Assembly (NCBI GenBank): GCA_030608565.1
Contig: JAUWDY010000001.1
Span: forward strand, 15,457 to 79,456
DNA: 64,000 nt
Source: Candidatus Bathyarchaeota archaeon
GTDB lineage: Archaea > Thermoproteota > Bathyarchaeia > Bathyarchaeales > Bathyarchaeaceae
Direction of reading: 5' to 3'
Position 1 is the stretch's first letter, and the number at the start of each line of letters is the position of its first letter. Position numbers and translations under genes: made by a program. Below, one piece after another: positions 1 through 10,387 of the stretch. The notes beneath the pieces are model-generated. The model was given only the letters and a program-made list of their open reading frames with translations, was not told the DNA's origin and did no database searches.

Positions 1-769
1 GTTTCCCCAATTGGAGTTCATCAACTAACCTCATCAACCTCTTCCGATAACGCTCGCCCTCAGTTTTCCTTACTTCCGGATGAGTCTCTCCAATTATGAG
101 GTAAAGAATTCTTGGTTCTTTCTTAACGAGGGAAGGGAGCGCTCGAATAGCATGTTGAATACCCTTTCTACGGTTTATCAGTCCAAAAGTAGACAAAACT
201 ATCCTATTTCTCAGACCAAGAGAAGTTTTTGGCCTTTCGCTGGTAACAAATGGAACATCGGGACAACCATGTGGGATAACATCGATTTTTTCACGTTTAA
301 TATTATAGCTTTTTAGTAGTTGCAGAGCTGTTGTCGTCATGACGACGATTGACGCGCTATGGTATGCAATACTTTCCAAAACTGTTTGAGCAGTTGGTCC
401 AAAGTTTGGCACAATAGTATGGAGCGTAGTTACTACTGGTTTCTGAAGATCCTCCAAAAACGAATTAATGTATTCCCCCCACTCTCCTCCAAAAAGACCG
501 AATGTGTGTTGGAGATTTATTAAATCAACTTTAGATAGATTAACGTAGCGAACGGCTTGGACGTAATCATCAACAGAGTCTCGTTCAATTTGAAATCTAA
601 CTCTCCTATCATACTTGTAGATTCCCCCTTTCTCATTTATCGCGATAACCACTGATGATTTAAACTCGTGAAGCCCATCTATGGCATTGACCAGATCCTT
701 CGTGTAGTTTGCTATACCACACTCTCGCGGCGGATAAGTGCTTACATAAGCAATCCTTTTATCATCGAC
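1..769 (-). CDS. glycosyltransferase family 4 (GT-B fold), N-terminal part; gene continues beyond the left window edge
   Basis: Absent from the ORF track because it has no stop in the window. My minus-strand translation reads ..NVDDKRIAYVSTYPPRECGIANYTKDLVNAIDG..LHTIVPNFGP..IPHGCPDV..GLINRRKGIQHAIRAL..LYLIIGETHPE, typical of a GT4 N-terminal half. No ATG/GTG/TTG lies in frame upstream of the conserved N-terminus (see finding). Confidence 0.7.
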
Positions 770-1027
770 ATTGAAAAGGGAGAGTTTCTGCTTGGATGTT
801 TGCATTAACTTACTCTACCTACCTTTGGGGCAACCTTCTTCATAAAAAGTCTTGTATCATGCATGCATTTACCTCCCACAGTTGAATGTAACACTTTCCC
901 CTTTTTATCTGTCTTGTTTCTCAATAAAATACCTACCCAAACATCCATCTGGGGTCGGTGCTAGCCACAAAAACATCAAATCCTTTTTTTACAAGATAAC
1001 CACCTAGTTTTTCGGCTATTTTCTTTC

Positions 1028-1089
1028 ATGCATGTTTGATGCATGGCATGCATGCAATCTAACGAACCACTAAAACAAATCCATGCATG
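1028..1089. repeat. cluster of three (ATGC)n palindromic motifs
   Basis: catgcatg (1028-1035), gcatgcatgc (1046-1055) and catgcatg (1082-1089), just downstream of the peptidase stop codon. Confidence 0.8.
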
Positions 1090-1096
1090 GAAGATG

Positions 1097-3028
1097 TTAG
1101 AGGTTTTCGATCTGCACTGGCTCAACTGGATCGGCTAGCTTGAAGCCGAAGATCTTTGAGTAGAAGTAGAGTTCAGCTTCAAGTGAACGTTTAATATTTT
1201 TGGCTTGTCTAAAACCGTGTTGTTCACCGTCAAACGGGAGATAAGCTACCGGTAATCCCCTCTCACGTAAGGCGTCAACCATTAGCTGAGCTTGGCTGGG
1301 AGGAACGACCTTGTCCTCAAGTCCTTGGAACAGGATCATTGGACATGAGATTTGATCGACGAAGTGAATCGGCGAACGTTCCCTGTAGAGGTCACGCCGC
1401 TCAGGATAGGGACCTATCAACCGATCCAGATAACGTGACTCGAATTTATGAGTATCTTTCACAAATGTTTCTAGATCGCTGAGCCCGAAATAGCTTGCTC
1501 CTGCCTTGAAGACGTCACGGAACGTGAGAGCACATAACGTTGTATATCCTCCAGCACTACCTCCACGAATGGCAAGTCGATCACTATCAACTTCCCCCTC
1601 TTTGACTAGGTAGAGGGCTACATTCACACAATCATCCAGATCAACAACACCCCACTGACCATTGAGCCGTTGCCTATAAGCACGACCATATCCACTGCTG
1701 CCTCCATAATTTACATCAACAACTGCGAATCCACGGCTGGTAAAATATTGGATCTTCCAGGAAAGTACAGTTGAAGCAGCACCAGTGGGTCCACCGTGAC
1801 TGATGACCAAAAGTGGCGGAAGCTCTCCAGATGAACCAATGAAATCACCATTTTTTGGAGCATAAAAAAAGGCATGTGTTGTGAGCCCCTTCTCAGTTGG
1901 AAACTCAATTGCGCTTGGGACAGACAGATATTCAGAATCAACCTGTACATTGCTGGCTCGCCGTAGAATCTCAGTCTGAAGTGTTGCCGGATTAAGCTTG
2001 ATAATTGACCATGGCTCGTTTGGTGCTCCAGCTATGAAAACTGCTAGCCCTGGCGATGCATGTAAGCTCCGAATATCCGTGTAGGGATTCTGTATTTTCT
2101 CTGTTTTGCCTGAGATAGTGTCTAAACTTGCCAGATGCCAGACTCCCCCTTTTGTGTATGTGCATATGATGTTGTTTGCAGACTCGAAGGCGTAGGTAGA
2201 TATTCCAAAGACCCATTGTGGGTAACTAAAATCGGCTTGCATCTTGCACAAACACTCAGCTTGTCCATCAAGCCGGCGATAGAGATTCCACCAACCAGAG
2301 CGGTCTGAAATGAAGTGTAAAACTCCCGCTGCAGACCATTCTGGCTGAAGGATGGATTCGTCCTTGCCACCGGCAACGCGTTCGGCATTCTTCAGTGTAC
2401 CGTCAGCCCTTAACTCACTGATCCAGAGTTCTGTTCCATCCCAAGGCATGTTAGGATGGTTCCACGTAAGCCAAGCAAACCGCGAGCCATCAGGGCTAAG
2501 GCGAGGAGACGAGTAGAAATCATTCCCGGAAACTAGAACCCGGCTGTCATTGTTGTCCTTGAGATTGATGCTCACTAAAGCGTTTTCAGCTTGGCGAGTC
2601 GAAACTCTGTGATCTTCGCGCACACAGATTAAACGACTTCTGTGGTGATCAATTATGATGTCAGCATAACGAAGATCAGCCTTAGGAGTTATAGGGTGTG
2701 GTGTAACTCCAGGGTCCAGTTGATAAATTCGCTGGTCTTCAAAATTAGAGAAGTAGATCGTGCCATTGCTAACATTGTACATACCACCCCCATACTCATG
2801 CACGCGTGTTCGAGCGTTTAATGGGGGTGGTGTCATGTCCGAGATATTTCCTTCTAGCGTCCGTCGAACTATGACATACCGTCCTCCCTCATTCGGGCGC
2901 ACCTCAATCCAGTAGATGTCCTCCCCATCAAGAGCCATATAACCAAGCCATATAGTCTTGGAAGCAACCAGATCTGAAGTGATTGGAGATTCCCAAGAAC
3001 CGTATGGCGCTACCTTTGGCTTGCCCAT
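1097..3028 (-). CDS. S9 family serine peptidase (prolyl oligopeptidase / acylaminoacyl-peptidase-like)
   Basis: 643 aa. The C-terminal alpha/beta-hydrolase domain has the nucleophile elbow GGSAGGY and a distal His (GEQHGF). The long N-terminal region is propeller-like. Confidence 0.85.
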   Translation of the reverse strand: MGKPKVAPYGSWESPITSDLVASKTIWLGYMALDGEDIYWIEVRPNEGGRYVIVRRTLEGNISDMTPPPLNARTRVHEYGGGMYNVSNGTIYFSNFEDQRIYQLDPGVTPHPITPKADLRYADIIIDHHRSRLICVREDHRVSTRQAENALVSINLKDNNDSRVLVSGNDFYSSPRLSPDGSRFAWLTWNHPNMPWDGTELWISELRADGTLKNAERVAGGKDESILQPEWSAAGVLHFISDRSGWWNLYRRLDGQAECLCKMQADFSYPQWVFGISTYAFESANNIICTYTKGGVWHLASLDTISGKTEKIQNPYTDIRSLHASPGLAVFIAGAPNEPWSIIKLNPATLQTEILRRASNVQVDSEYLSVPSAIEFPTEKGLTTHAFFYAPKNGDFIGSSGELPPLLVISHGGPTGAASTVLSWKIQYFTSRGFAVVDVNYGGSSGYGRAYRQRLNGQWGVVDLDDCVNVALYLVKEGEVDSDRLAIRGGSAGGYTTLCALTFRDVFKAGASYFGLSDLETFVKDTHKFESRYLDRLIGPYPERRDLYRERSPIHFVDQISCPMILFQGLEDKVVPPSQAQLMVDALRERGLPVAYLPFDGEQHGFRQAKNIKRSLEAELYFYSKIFGFKLADPVEPVQIENL

Positions 3029-3182
3029 CTTTGATTACCCGTATTTCTATATGGGAGAAATGCGTAAATAATTTGCATGCATGCACACCATATAGAAAAC
3101 TGCTAAGATCGATCGATTTTAACTTGTTATGTGAGTATTTGCAAAGTCGATATATCGCACGCTAAACTATTTCTGAGATTGT

Positions 3183-4526
3183 TCACTTTTTCTCAGGTTT
3201 ACTGATTACAGCTTCTTCTTTCAGAGGCTCCACAATGAGTGTTAGCCCTTCCTTTGCCAAAATCTTTACCTTCTGATTGGGCTTTATTATTGTGTCTGAA
3301 CGTGCCTTCCAATACTCGCCATGAAAACGAATAAACCCCACTTTCTCTGGACCAATCTCATCTATCGTTCGACCAACTCCGCCAATAAATTCAAGCACAG
3401 TAAGCCGCTTTTTCTTTGCCTTAACTATCTTGTAAAGAACCAACGCTGAGAAAACTGTCAAAATTGCTACAAAGGCTATTACTATAAGCATGAAGGGCTG
3501 ATACCACTCTGGAGAAATCAACCATCGTGCAGGATCAAATCTCAGCAAGAGCAACGTTCCTACTGATAGGCAAACTATTCCAACTGGTCCAAAAAACTGG
3601 AGTCCTGGTTCTCGCATTTCTACGAATATAAAAACTCCGCCTAAGGTAATGAGTATGATAGTTAATAAATCCATATAGAACCCTAGTCCAATTAAACCCA
3701 AGATTAAAAGAATGCACCCCATGATTTCTCCTTCATATCCAGCAGTGAAGAAACCAAAAATGACACCGAAAACCCCAAGATTGAACAAGAGGTACGCAAT
3801 CATAGGGTCTGAAATGATGCATAGAACCCGCACACGTATACTTGCCCCAAAATAATGTATTACCGCATTTCTCGTTTGAATTGTCAATTGCCGCTTTTCC
3901 GCCACTTCCACGCTCATACCATCAACAACCTCTAAAAGTTTTTTTAGCGTGTCCGCCACTATTTCCATCACCCCATAGTTTTTCGCATCCTCTGCCCCTA
4001 TGTTAAGGTTTTCCGTCACGAACTTGGCGACAATCGTTTCATTTCTACCATGCATTTCTGCTCTTAGCTCAATAAACTTCGTTAGCGAATTGATTAACTT
4101 CGGGTCCTCTACCAATTCTCCAGTTGGGTATGCCCGTGGAGCGCAAGATCCTATAATAGAGAACGGTGCCATTGCCGCTACGTGGGATGAAAGGACGATG
4201 AAAGTGCCTGCAGACCATGCTGTTGCTCCTTTCGGATGCACAAATGAGACCACGGGGATGGATGACCTTTCAATCATGTCTATGATAGTAAATGTTGCAT
4301 CCAGCAAGCCTCCATGAGTGTTTAAAACGAGCACTACGGCTTTAGCGTTGATTTTGTGGGCTTCATCCATTCCTTCCCTAACGAGTTCTGAAGCTGCAAA
4401 GTTGATCACCCCATCCAATTTTATAACAATTACAGAATCACTGCTGGATTCGAAAGAGGTGCAAACTCCTAACCACATAGAAAAAAGGAGAATCGTAACG
4501 AGTACATGTGCGACGCGTAGGCTCAT
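3183..4526 (-). CDS. NfeD-type membrane-bound ClpP-class serine protease (stomatin operon partner)
   Basis: 447 aa. It has an N-terminal TM, a ClpP-like domain, a central multi-TM block and a C-terminal NfeD OB-like domain (GFIRFHGEYWKARS). It overlaps the upstream stomatin gene by 4 nt. Confidence 0.85.
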   Translation of the reverse strand: MSLRVAHVLVTILLFSMWLGVCTSFESSSDSVIVIKLDGVINFAASELVREGMDEAHKINAKAVVLVLNTHGGLLDATFTIIDMIERSSIPVVSFVHPKGATAWSAGTFIVLSSHVAAMAPFSIIGSCAPRAYPTGELVEDPKLINSLTKFIELRAEMHGRNETIVAKFVTENLNIGAEDAKNYGVMEIVADTLKKLLEVVDGMSVEVAEKRQLTIQTRNAVIHYFGASIRVRVLCIISDPMIAYLLFNLGVFGVIFGFFTAGYEGEIMGCILLILGLIGLGFYMDLLTIILITLGGVFIFVEMREPGLQFFGPVGIVCLSVGTLLLLRFDPARWLISPEWYQPFMLIVIAFVAILTVFSALVLYKIVKAKKKRLTVLEFIGGVGRTIDEIGPEKVGFIRFHGEYWKARSDTIIKPNQKVKILAKEGLTLIVEPLKEEAVISKPEKK

Positions 4527-5314
4527 TTCTTCTTAACCTGTTCCCCTTTCCTCGCGGTTGAGCGGGCTATGGCAATGATGTTCCCAAGTTCGCGTAGGTC
4601 AGTGGTTGAAGTAACCACTACCAAGTTCTTTTCGCGTGCGATGTCTGTTAGTGTTTGAAGCTCTCGCAGCTTTAGTGTGATCGGGCTTTTCTCGTAGACT
4701 TCTGCAGCCTGCGCCATCTTCTCTGCTGCAATATATTCTCCCTCAGCCACGATGATCCTAGCTCTTTTCTCCCTTTCAGCTTCTGCTTGCTTTGCGATTG
4801 CCCTCTGCATTTCCGCGGGAAGTAGGACATCACTAATGGCCACCGCGCTTACTTTTATTCCCCACGGGTCGGTCATTTCATCTATTTCCTCTTGAATGTT
4901 CTTTGTGAACTCTGTCGTTTTTATCAACAGGTCATCGAGCTCCGCGTGACCCAGAACATCCCGTAATACTGTCTTTGCTAACGTTTGAGTGGCGTGAACG
5001 TAATTCTCTACCTCGCAGACAGCCTTTATGGGATCGACCACTCGGTAGTACACGAACGAGTCGATATCGCATCGTATGTTATCTTTCGTAATTATTTTTA
5101 TCATGCGTGCATCGTATGTTATGGTTCTTAAATCTACAATGCGTGGTCTGTCGATTCCCGGTATAAGTAAAATCAATCCTGGACCCTTGGCACCGACGAG
5201 TCGACCTAAACGGAAAATGACTGCTCTCTCGTATTCTTTCACGATTTTGATCGAAGACGCTAGGATGGATAGGATAATTATTATGAGAACAAATAAGGCG
5301 ATGATTTCGTACAT
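4523..5314 (-). CDS. SPFH/band-7 stomatin-like protein
   Basis: 263 aa. An N-terminal TM is followed by an SPFH core (VKEYERAVIFRLGR, LPAEMQRAIAKQAEAEREKRARI). This is the classic archaeal stomatin-NfeD pair. Confidence 0.9.
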   Translation of the reverse strand: MYEIIALFVLIIIILSILASSIKIVKEYERAVIFRLGRLVGAKGPGLILLIPGIDRPRIVDLRTITYDARMIKIITKDNIRCDIDSFVYYRVVDPIKAVCEVENYVHATQTLAKTVLRDVLGHAELDDLLIKTTEFTKNIQEEIDEMTDPWGIKVSAVAISDVLLPAEMQRAIAKQAEAEREKRARIIVAEGEYIAAEKMAQAAEVYEKSPITLKLRELQTLTDIAREKNLVVVTSTTDLRELGNIIAIARSTARKGEQVKKK

Positions 5315-5391
5315 TTAAGGAGTCACTGAAAAATCATTAATACAGACATCCTTAAAAAAGTATGCTCAAGAGCGCTTGATTTGAAGCCGCA

Positions 5392-5566
5392 ATGCATGCA
5401 TAGAGTAAGATATAAGGTGTTAACTTTTCTAACTTCTAATTGTCGTTTCACTTTTATCTAACTGGAGCAAATATACATGCATGCTCACCTTTATAGCAAC
5501 CCAAAAGTGACCGAAATCCCCTATCCTTTTCATGTACTTTTCTTCTGCTTGTCATCATGCATGCAA
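5392..5566. repeat. cluster of three (ATGC)n palindromic motifs
   Basis: atgcatgcat (5392-5401), catgcatgc (5476-5484) and catgcatgca (5557-5566), in the 500-bp non-coding gap upstream of the stomatin gene. Confidence 0.8.
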
Positions 5567-5822
5567 AAATATAGGTTTTCACATTGGTTTTACACATAAA
5601 TGATTGGTTTTTTCCTATGATTTAGACTTGATAATTTTTTGTCAACTAGCGGCTCACAATTTTTAATTTGGAAAACTAGAGAAAATCCAAAATCTATGTG
5701 ACAAGTTGTGAACACCTCTCTTCAGACTCTCTTTCAGCTTCTGTGGTTACTTTTTTAATATCCATGCATTGAATGTATTAAAATAGAAGTGTTAGCTCGT
5801 GACAGCTGTGAGTTGATAGTCG

Positions 5823-6071
5823 ATGCCTTACTATGTCTACATCCTTCTCTGCAAAGACGGCAGCTACTACACTGGATACGCCAAGGATTTCAAACACCGA
5901 GTTGAACAGCACAAAAAGGGTCAAGGCGCCAGATACACAAGAATACATGAAGCTGAAAAGATGGTATACATAGAGGAGTTCAACAGCCGCAGCGAGGCTA
6001 TGAAGAGAGAACACAGAATCAAATCACTCAGCCACAACGAGAAACAACGATTGATCAACAGCCAACAATAA
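5823..6071 (+). CDS. GIY-YIG nuclease superfamily protein (small stand-alone, UPF0213/YhbQ-like)
   Basis: 82 aa. YYVYILLCKDGSYYTGYAKDFKHRVEQH matches the GIY...YIG...R..(E/Q)H pattern. Confidence 0.8.
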   Translation: MPYYVYILLCKDGSYYTGYAKDFKHRVEQHKKGQGARYTRIHEAEKMVYIEEFNSRSEAMKREHRIKSLSHNEKQRLINSQQ

Positions 6072-6487
6072 AATGCATGCATTCAAACGATGGCGAAGCG
6101 TCTCTTTGTCTAAACCAACACAATCTTTTGTTGAGATATCTAGTGAACTTTCTAAATTTCTAAGAAATAACTTATTCAGAAATATGAATTAGAAAATTAA
6201 GTATGATTTTTCTCTTGTCAAATTCTACAGCTGCTCGAGCGCTCTTCCTTTTTAATTCATTTCTCAGTTTCATCCTTAAGATCTATGCAGTCGCAGCTGC
6301 GATAACTCTCGCTGCAACCTCTATCCATTTTTTGCGTTGAATAAACTCCACATCCCCCAACAATACTTTGGTTCCAATATTGACGGAACTGTCAACTTTC
6401 ATTCTGACGAGCCATTCATGACGCCGATTGTTTGAATAAAAGTTCATTATTGATCAACCTGTCATGCAAACGCGTTCATTGAGGACT

Positions 6488-7735
6488 TCACGAACGCCTC
6501 GTTAAAATGTTGAAGTCGTTAAGATCTATTTTGCGTGTCGCTTGGACGAACCATCCCCAAGATTTGTTCAGATCTCTATTTCGGAAAACTTCAAGATTTG
6601 CTCTTACTTCTGCATCTATGATCACTGGGTCATTCAGGTATAGCTTTGCTTCTCCAACTCGAAATGTCCAAGGATACTTATCTTTATGTTGAACTTTGGG
6701 GTGAGGTTTCTTCTCGGGCCTTGACATTACCTTCGCATGTGCTATAACCCCTTTCCCACTCGCATGGAAGCACAGCCAATCCCCTGGTTTTAAGCGCTTT
6801 CTACCTGGCGTTCTTTCCCCGAAAGCGTATATTTTTTCTTGCCCGACGAGAGTCTGAATCACCTGTTCAGCTGTTGCCTCAGCTTCAGATTTTACAGGTG
6901 TAAGCCAATATTTGGGTTCTCCAGCTTCTATAGGTGGTTCTACTTCAATTGGCAGCTCTTCCAAAGGTGACTGCGCGACTACGCGTGCTATCAGCTCGAC
7001 TACAGGATCAACCCTTGGGCTAGAGGGAAGCAAAATGGCCAATATATCTTCATGGTTGACCTCATATTCGTTCATCATCTCAGCGAGTGAGAGCAAAGAT
7101 TCGACTGAGATAATTCGAAGTTTGTTTGTTCTCCTCTCTGCTATGATAGCATTCTCAAGTTGATTGACTTCAGGGTCCGGACGACCTACAACATAAAGGC
7201 CATATGCATTGTCCCAAGCTGGAATCTTCTTCTCAGAAATCAAGTCGTCCACGTAGCCAACCAACGTTGCCGTTCTTATCGCGTATGTTTCGGTAGTTTT
7301 AGCTTCCACGACAATATGAGCACCTGAAGGTGATTTCCAGTACCCATCAAACCCTATTTTGCCTCTGATCCCATGATACCGCCCGAACTGCACTTCAAAG
7401 CCTAACAAGCTGCCAAGATGATTGACCAGGTCCTGCAATGCCCGATTATATTGGTCACCGGACAGTCTTAAACACTCTTCGGTATAGTCACGGATTTGGC
7501 CAACTTCTTGAACGTTATCTCTCAAGAAGACTCGAAAACGTTCTCTTGGAGTTTCAACTCCAGCCGAGTCATCGAGTTTGCCTACTAGGTTTAGGATTTG
7601 TCGAAGGGATATAGCCGTCCTTTTTCCAATCATGTCACTCAATGTCTGTCCCCTCTTAACTTCAAAGAATCTAGTTATACTAACTGTTAGAGCAGCTTTT
7701 ACGTTTTTATATGCTTTGACCAATCTCTTCCTCAA
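6488..7735 (-). CDS. PD-(D/E)xK restriction-endonuclease-like domain fused to a C-terminal EVE (PUA-like) domain
   Basis: 415 aa. The central motif is GFDGYW...AHIVVEAKT (D...ExK). The C-terminal segment is KYWLTPVKSE..PGDWLCFHASGKGVIAHAKV..YPWTFRVGEAKLYLNDPV, typical of EVE domains. Confidence 0.6.
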   Translation of the reverse strand: MRKRLVKAYKNVKAALTVSITRFFEVKRGQTLSDMIGKRTAISLRQILNLVGKLDDSAGVETPRERFRVFLRDNVQEVGQIRDYTEECLRLSGDQYNRALQDLVNHLGSLLGFEVQFGRYHGIRGKIGFDGYWKSPSGAHIVVEAKTTETYAIRTATLVGYVDDLISEKKIPAWDNAYGLYVVGRPDPEVNQLENAIIAERRTNKLRIISVESLLSLAEMMNEYEVNHEDILAILLPSSPRVDPVVELIARVVAQSPLEELPIEVEPPIEAGEPKYWLTPVKSEAEATAEQVIQTLVGQEKIYAFGERTPGRKRLKPGDWLCFHASGKGVIAHAKVMSRPEKKPHPKVQHKDKYPWTFRVGEAKLYLNDPVIIDAEVRANLEVFRNRDLNKSWGWFVQATRKIDLNDFNILTRRS

Positions 7736-7771
7736 GCAACGACAAGACTAATGCATGCCTGTGGGTGCGAA

Positions 7772-8350
7772 TCAAGCTGACATTTCACTGCAGAGCCCAA
7801 GAATAGGCTCAAAGCCAATCATTATGACAGAAATCGGTTCCTCGGCGGTCCCTCTTCTTCGATATCGTATGTCTTCATCCTGAAATTCACCAATCAAACC
7901 TGGTTGTTTACGGAGTCTATCAGCAACTGCACCTTCAATTCTCTGTCGAATGCGCTCTTCAGCATCAAGAGGAGCCACGAAAATTCTGAATTGCCTTAGA
8001 TACTCATTGATGATTGGTGCCAACTCTAAGTACCGATTCAAAAACTCCAGCATTCGCTTAGGTACTATCTCTCTGTATTCCTTTTTCCACATACCACCCC
8101 ATACAAGCAGTTTAGATCCATTAGCAAGTTGGCGTGGATCATATATTCTGTAATATCCATTCAGGCAGCTTTGTGTGTGCTCTACGAAGCGTTCAGCAAA
8201 TGATCTTCCTGTTTCTCCTACATAGTAGGTCAAGTATTGGTTCTTGAAAGGAACTGTCCATAAATAGATGCCAGGTTGCTTTGCTTCGTGTGTAGTAAAA
8301 ATGGAGTCATCTTCTGTTCCGTAAAACTTGAATGGTCCATACCAGCGCAT
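7772..8350 (-). CDS. GIY-YIG-like nuclease domain protein
   Basis: PGIYLWTVPFKNQYLTYYVGETGRSFAERFVEH. I start it at M86 of the tracked ORF (ATG at 8348-8350), because the first 85 codons of 7772..8605 look like non-coding read-through. It lies 36 nt upstream of, and co-directional with, 6488..7735. Confidence 0.6.
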   Translation of the reverse strand: MRWYGPFKFYGTEDDSIFTTHEAKQPGIYLWTVPFKNQYLTYYVGETGRSFAERFVEHTQSCLNGYYRIYDPRQLANGSKLLVWGGMWKKEYREIVPKRMLEFLNRYLELAPIINEYLRQFRIFVAPLDAEERIRQRIEGAVADRLRKQPGLIGEFQDEDIRYRRRGTAEEPISVIMIGFEPILGLCSEMSA

Positions 8351-8631
8351 TTCATACTTCTTAGAATCCACAAGTCTCGCATCCTTTTTGGTTTCTAATA
8401 CAGCGCGCGTATATTGCTGTTTTCCTGTGCCACCAACTTTTGACAGATGGTGACAATTAGACCACAGCCAGAATTTGAATAACTGTATCCAGAGACTCCT
8501 GATTGCAATGTTGTTGAGTTTTACAATTTTATAAATTACAAACGATATAGAAAACGTAATTTTACAAGAAATTAACCTATTTGTAATTATATTTTGTAGA
8601 ATCAAAGTGTAAGTAGACCATATGAGTAGTC

Positions 8632-9153
8632 TTGGAGGTTATGTACACCAAGGCTAAAGCGATAATAAGAAATAGTCTCTTGCATGAATGCCTGTCTATG
8701 CCTCGCGAGATATCTTGTGGAGCCGTTGTATTCAAGAAGAATCAGGAAGTAAAATATCTTCTCTTGCACTACGAGGAAGGTCATTGGGACTTCGTAAAAG
8801 GTAATATTGAACCGAATGAGAGTGAGAAGGACACAGTCATTAGAGAACTTGAAGAAGAGACCAGCATCATCGAAGCCCAGTTCATTGACGGCTTCAGAGA
8901 GAAGATAAGCTATTTCTATAGAAGAGGAGGCAACACCATCTACAAGGAAGTAGTCTTCTTTCTGATTCAAACACGAGAAAGCAGGGTTGCGTTATCCAGT
9001 GAACACGTAGGATACAAATGGTTAAGTTACCAGAAAGCTACAGAAAGACTCACTTTTAACATTGCTAGAAGCCTATTGAAAAAAGCACACCAGTTCTTAG
9101 AAAATCAAGATATGCATGCACAAGTGGAGAGAACGAAAAAGGCCTTGGATTGA
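8632..9153 (+). CDS. NUDIX hydrolase
   Basis: Nudix box GHWDFVKGNIEPNESEKDTVIRELEEETSI (Gx5Ex7REUxEExGU). The true start may be the internal MPREISCGAVVF. Confidence 0.85.
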   Translation: MEVMYTKAKAIIRNSLLHECLSMPREISCGAVVFKKNQEVKYLLLHYEEGHWDFVKGNIEPNESEKDTVIRELEEETSIIEAQFIDGFREKISYFYRRGGNTIYKEVVFFLIQTRESRVALSSEHVGYKWLSYQKATERLTFNIARSLLKKAHQFLENQDMHAQVERTKKALD

Positions 9154-9849
9154 TCATGCATGCATTTTCGTAGCCTTTTTCGACGCACGTGTCAAAATGT
9201 TTTGAAGCTGAGTTATACTGGAAATCGTGAAATCTGACGCTTTCTGCAATTCATTTTTTCTTGCTTCGTAAGTGACGAGACCTACTGTTGTGATGCCTAA
9301 TTCTTGTGCGGGTTTGAGTTCTCTTCCCATGTCCCCTATCACAACAGTATCGTCGGGACTGGACCTAGCTATGGCAAGTGCACATCGATAGAGTTTCCTT
9401 CTTTGCTCATGATAAGGAAAAAGAGGAAGTGAAGTCAGTCCGAAATGTTTAGCTGTCACATCTCGCGTAACAATGTCGCGAAATAGCTCATCGATGCCAA
9501 AGAACTTCAATTCTTCACTGACCTCTGCCGGAGTCTCTCTTGAAGTGACGCACATGAGTGAGTTTTTCTTGGATAGAGTCTTCAATGTAGACTCTGCTCC
9601 TTCTCTAAGCACCGAAAAGCGATATCTCTTGACAAAAGCCGCTGTCCAGTATTTGACTGCCTTATTGGTGAGTCCCAGTCCCAATTCCTTGAACACATCG
9701 GTGTAAGAAGGGAATTGAACACATAGCTGCTTAACCTTGCTTTTCGAAACAGTTATTCCGAAATGATTAACGGTGTCGTATATCACTTCTATTTCTCGCT
9801 GATTAATGTCAATCAGCGTCCCGTCGAGATCAAAAAACAAAGATTTCAT
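9154..9849 (-). CDS. HAD-superfamily hydrolase (phosphatase-like)
   Basis: Motif I FFDLDGTLID and motif IV-like VVIGDMGRE. It converges on the NUDIX gene with no spacer. Confidence 0.8.
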   Translation of the reverse strand: MKSLFFDLDGTLIDINQREIEVIYDTVNHFGITVSKSKVKQLCVQFPSYTDVFKELGLGLTNKAVKYWTAAFVKRYRFSVLREGAESTLKTLSKKNSLMCVTSRETPAEVSEELKFFGIDELFRDIVTRDVTAKHFGLTSLPLFPYHEQRRKLYRCALAIARSSPDDTVVIGDMGRELKPAQELGITTVGLVTYEARKNELQKASDFTISSITQLQNILTRASKKATKMHA

Positions 9850-9943
9850 AACGTTTCCTCTGTTTCAAGGTATCTTAACCACTACTTCGTTTTTGATAAA
9901 GCCTTACCTTAAAAGGCTTATATCTCCTCACAAAACTCATTGT

Positions 9944-10111
9944 CTAAAGCTTCTTTATCACCCAAGCTTCATTCTCAACCTCAACAAAATCAACACAATC
10001 TTCAAACTTTCCAATACAATTACACTCAACAAAATGCTTACAGTTTAGACAGATCTCAACTCGCTCACGTTTTAGCTTCCTCTTTAGTTCTTCATCTTTC
10101 ATTTTAATCAT
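9944..10111 (-). CDS. possible small Cys-rich (zinc-ribbon-like) protein, 55 aa
   Basis: Below the ORF-track size cutoff. My translation is MIKMKDEELKRKLKRERVEICLNCKHFVECNCIGKFEDCVDFVEVENEAWVIKKL (CxxC..CxC..C). There is no homology evidence. Confidence 0.3.
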   Translation of the reverse strand: MIKMKDEELKRKLKRERVEICLNCKHFVECNCIGKFEDCVDFVEVENEAWVIKKL

Positions 10112-10130
10112 CAATAAGCACGTGTTTAAT

Positions 10131-10179
10131 AGTTGAATACACTAAAATCCTAAGAATGGAAAATCGTATGTATTCAACT
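10131..10179. repeat. 11-bp perfect inverted repeat (AGTTGAATACA / TGTATTCAACT) with a 27-nt loop
   Basis: Read directly at 10131-10141 and 10169-10179, in the ORF-free gap upstream of the ParB-ASCH gene. Confidence 0.8.
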
Positions 10180-10387
10180 AACTGCTCGTCTACACAAGAT
10201 CAGAAATTGAAACCTGCATGCGGTGTTTCTGAAATGAGCATCAAACCGCGTGTATGGACGCTTCTGTTCTAGACCTTTTTAACATTGCTCAATGTTGATA
10301 TAAGCGTCTAAAAAGCATAAAAGAAATTTGACATCACGCATGCACCACATTTTTTAGTAGGTAAACCCGGATTTAGTAAGGGAAAAA

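Noticed and set aside
80-316. 78-aa + strand ORF at the left edge
   Set aside because: It is antisense to the GT4 glycosyltransferase frame, which has clear family motifs.
8351-8970. N-terminal 85 codons of ORF 7772..8605, and ORF 8602..8970 (-)
   Set aside because: The extension is hydrophobic, low-information sequence upstream of a good internal Met. ORF 8602..8970 is antisense to the NUDIX gene.
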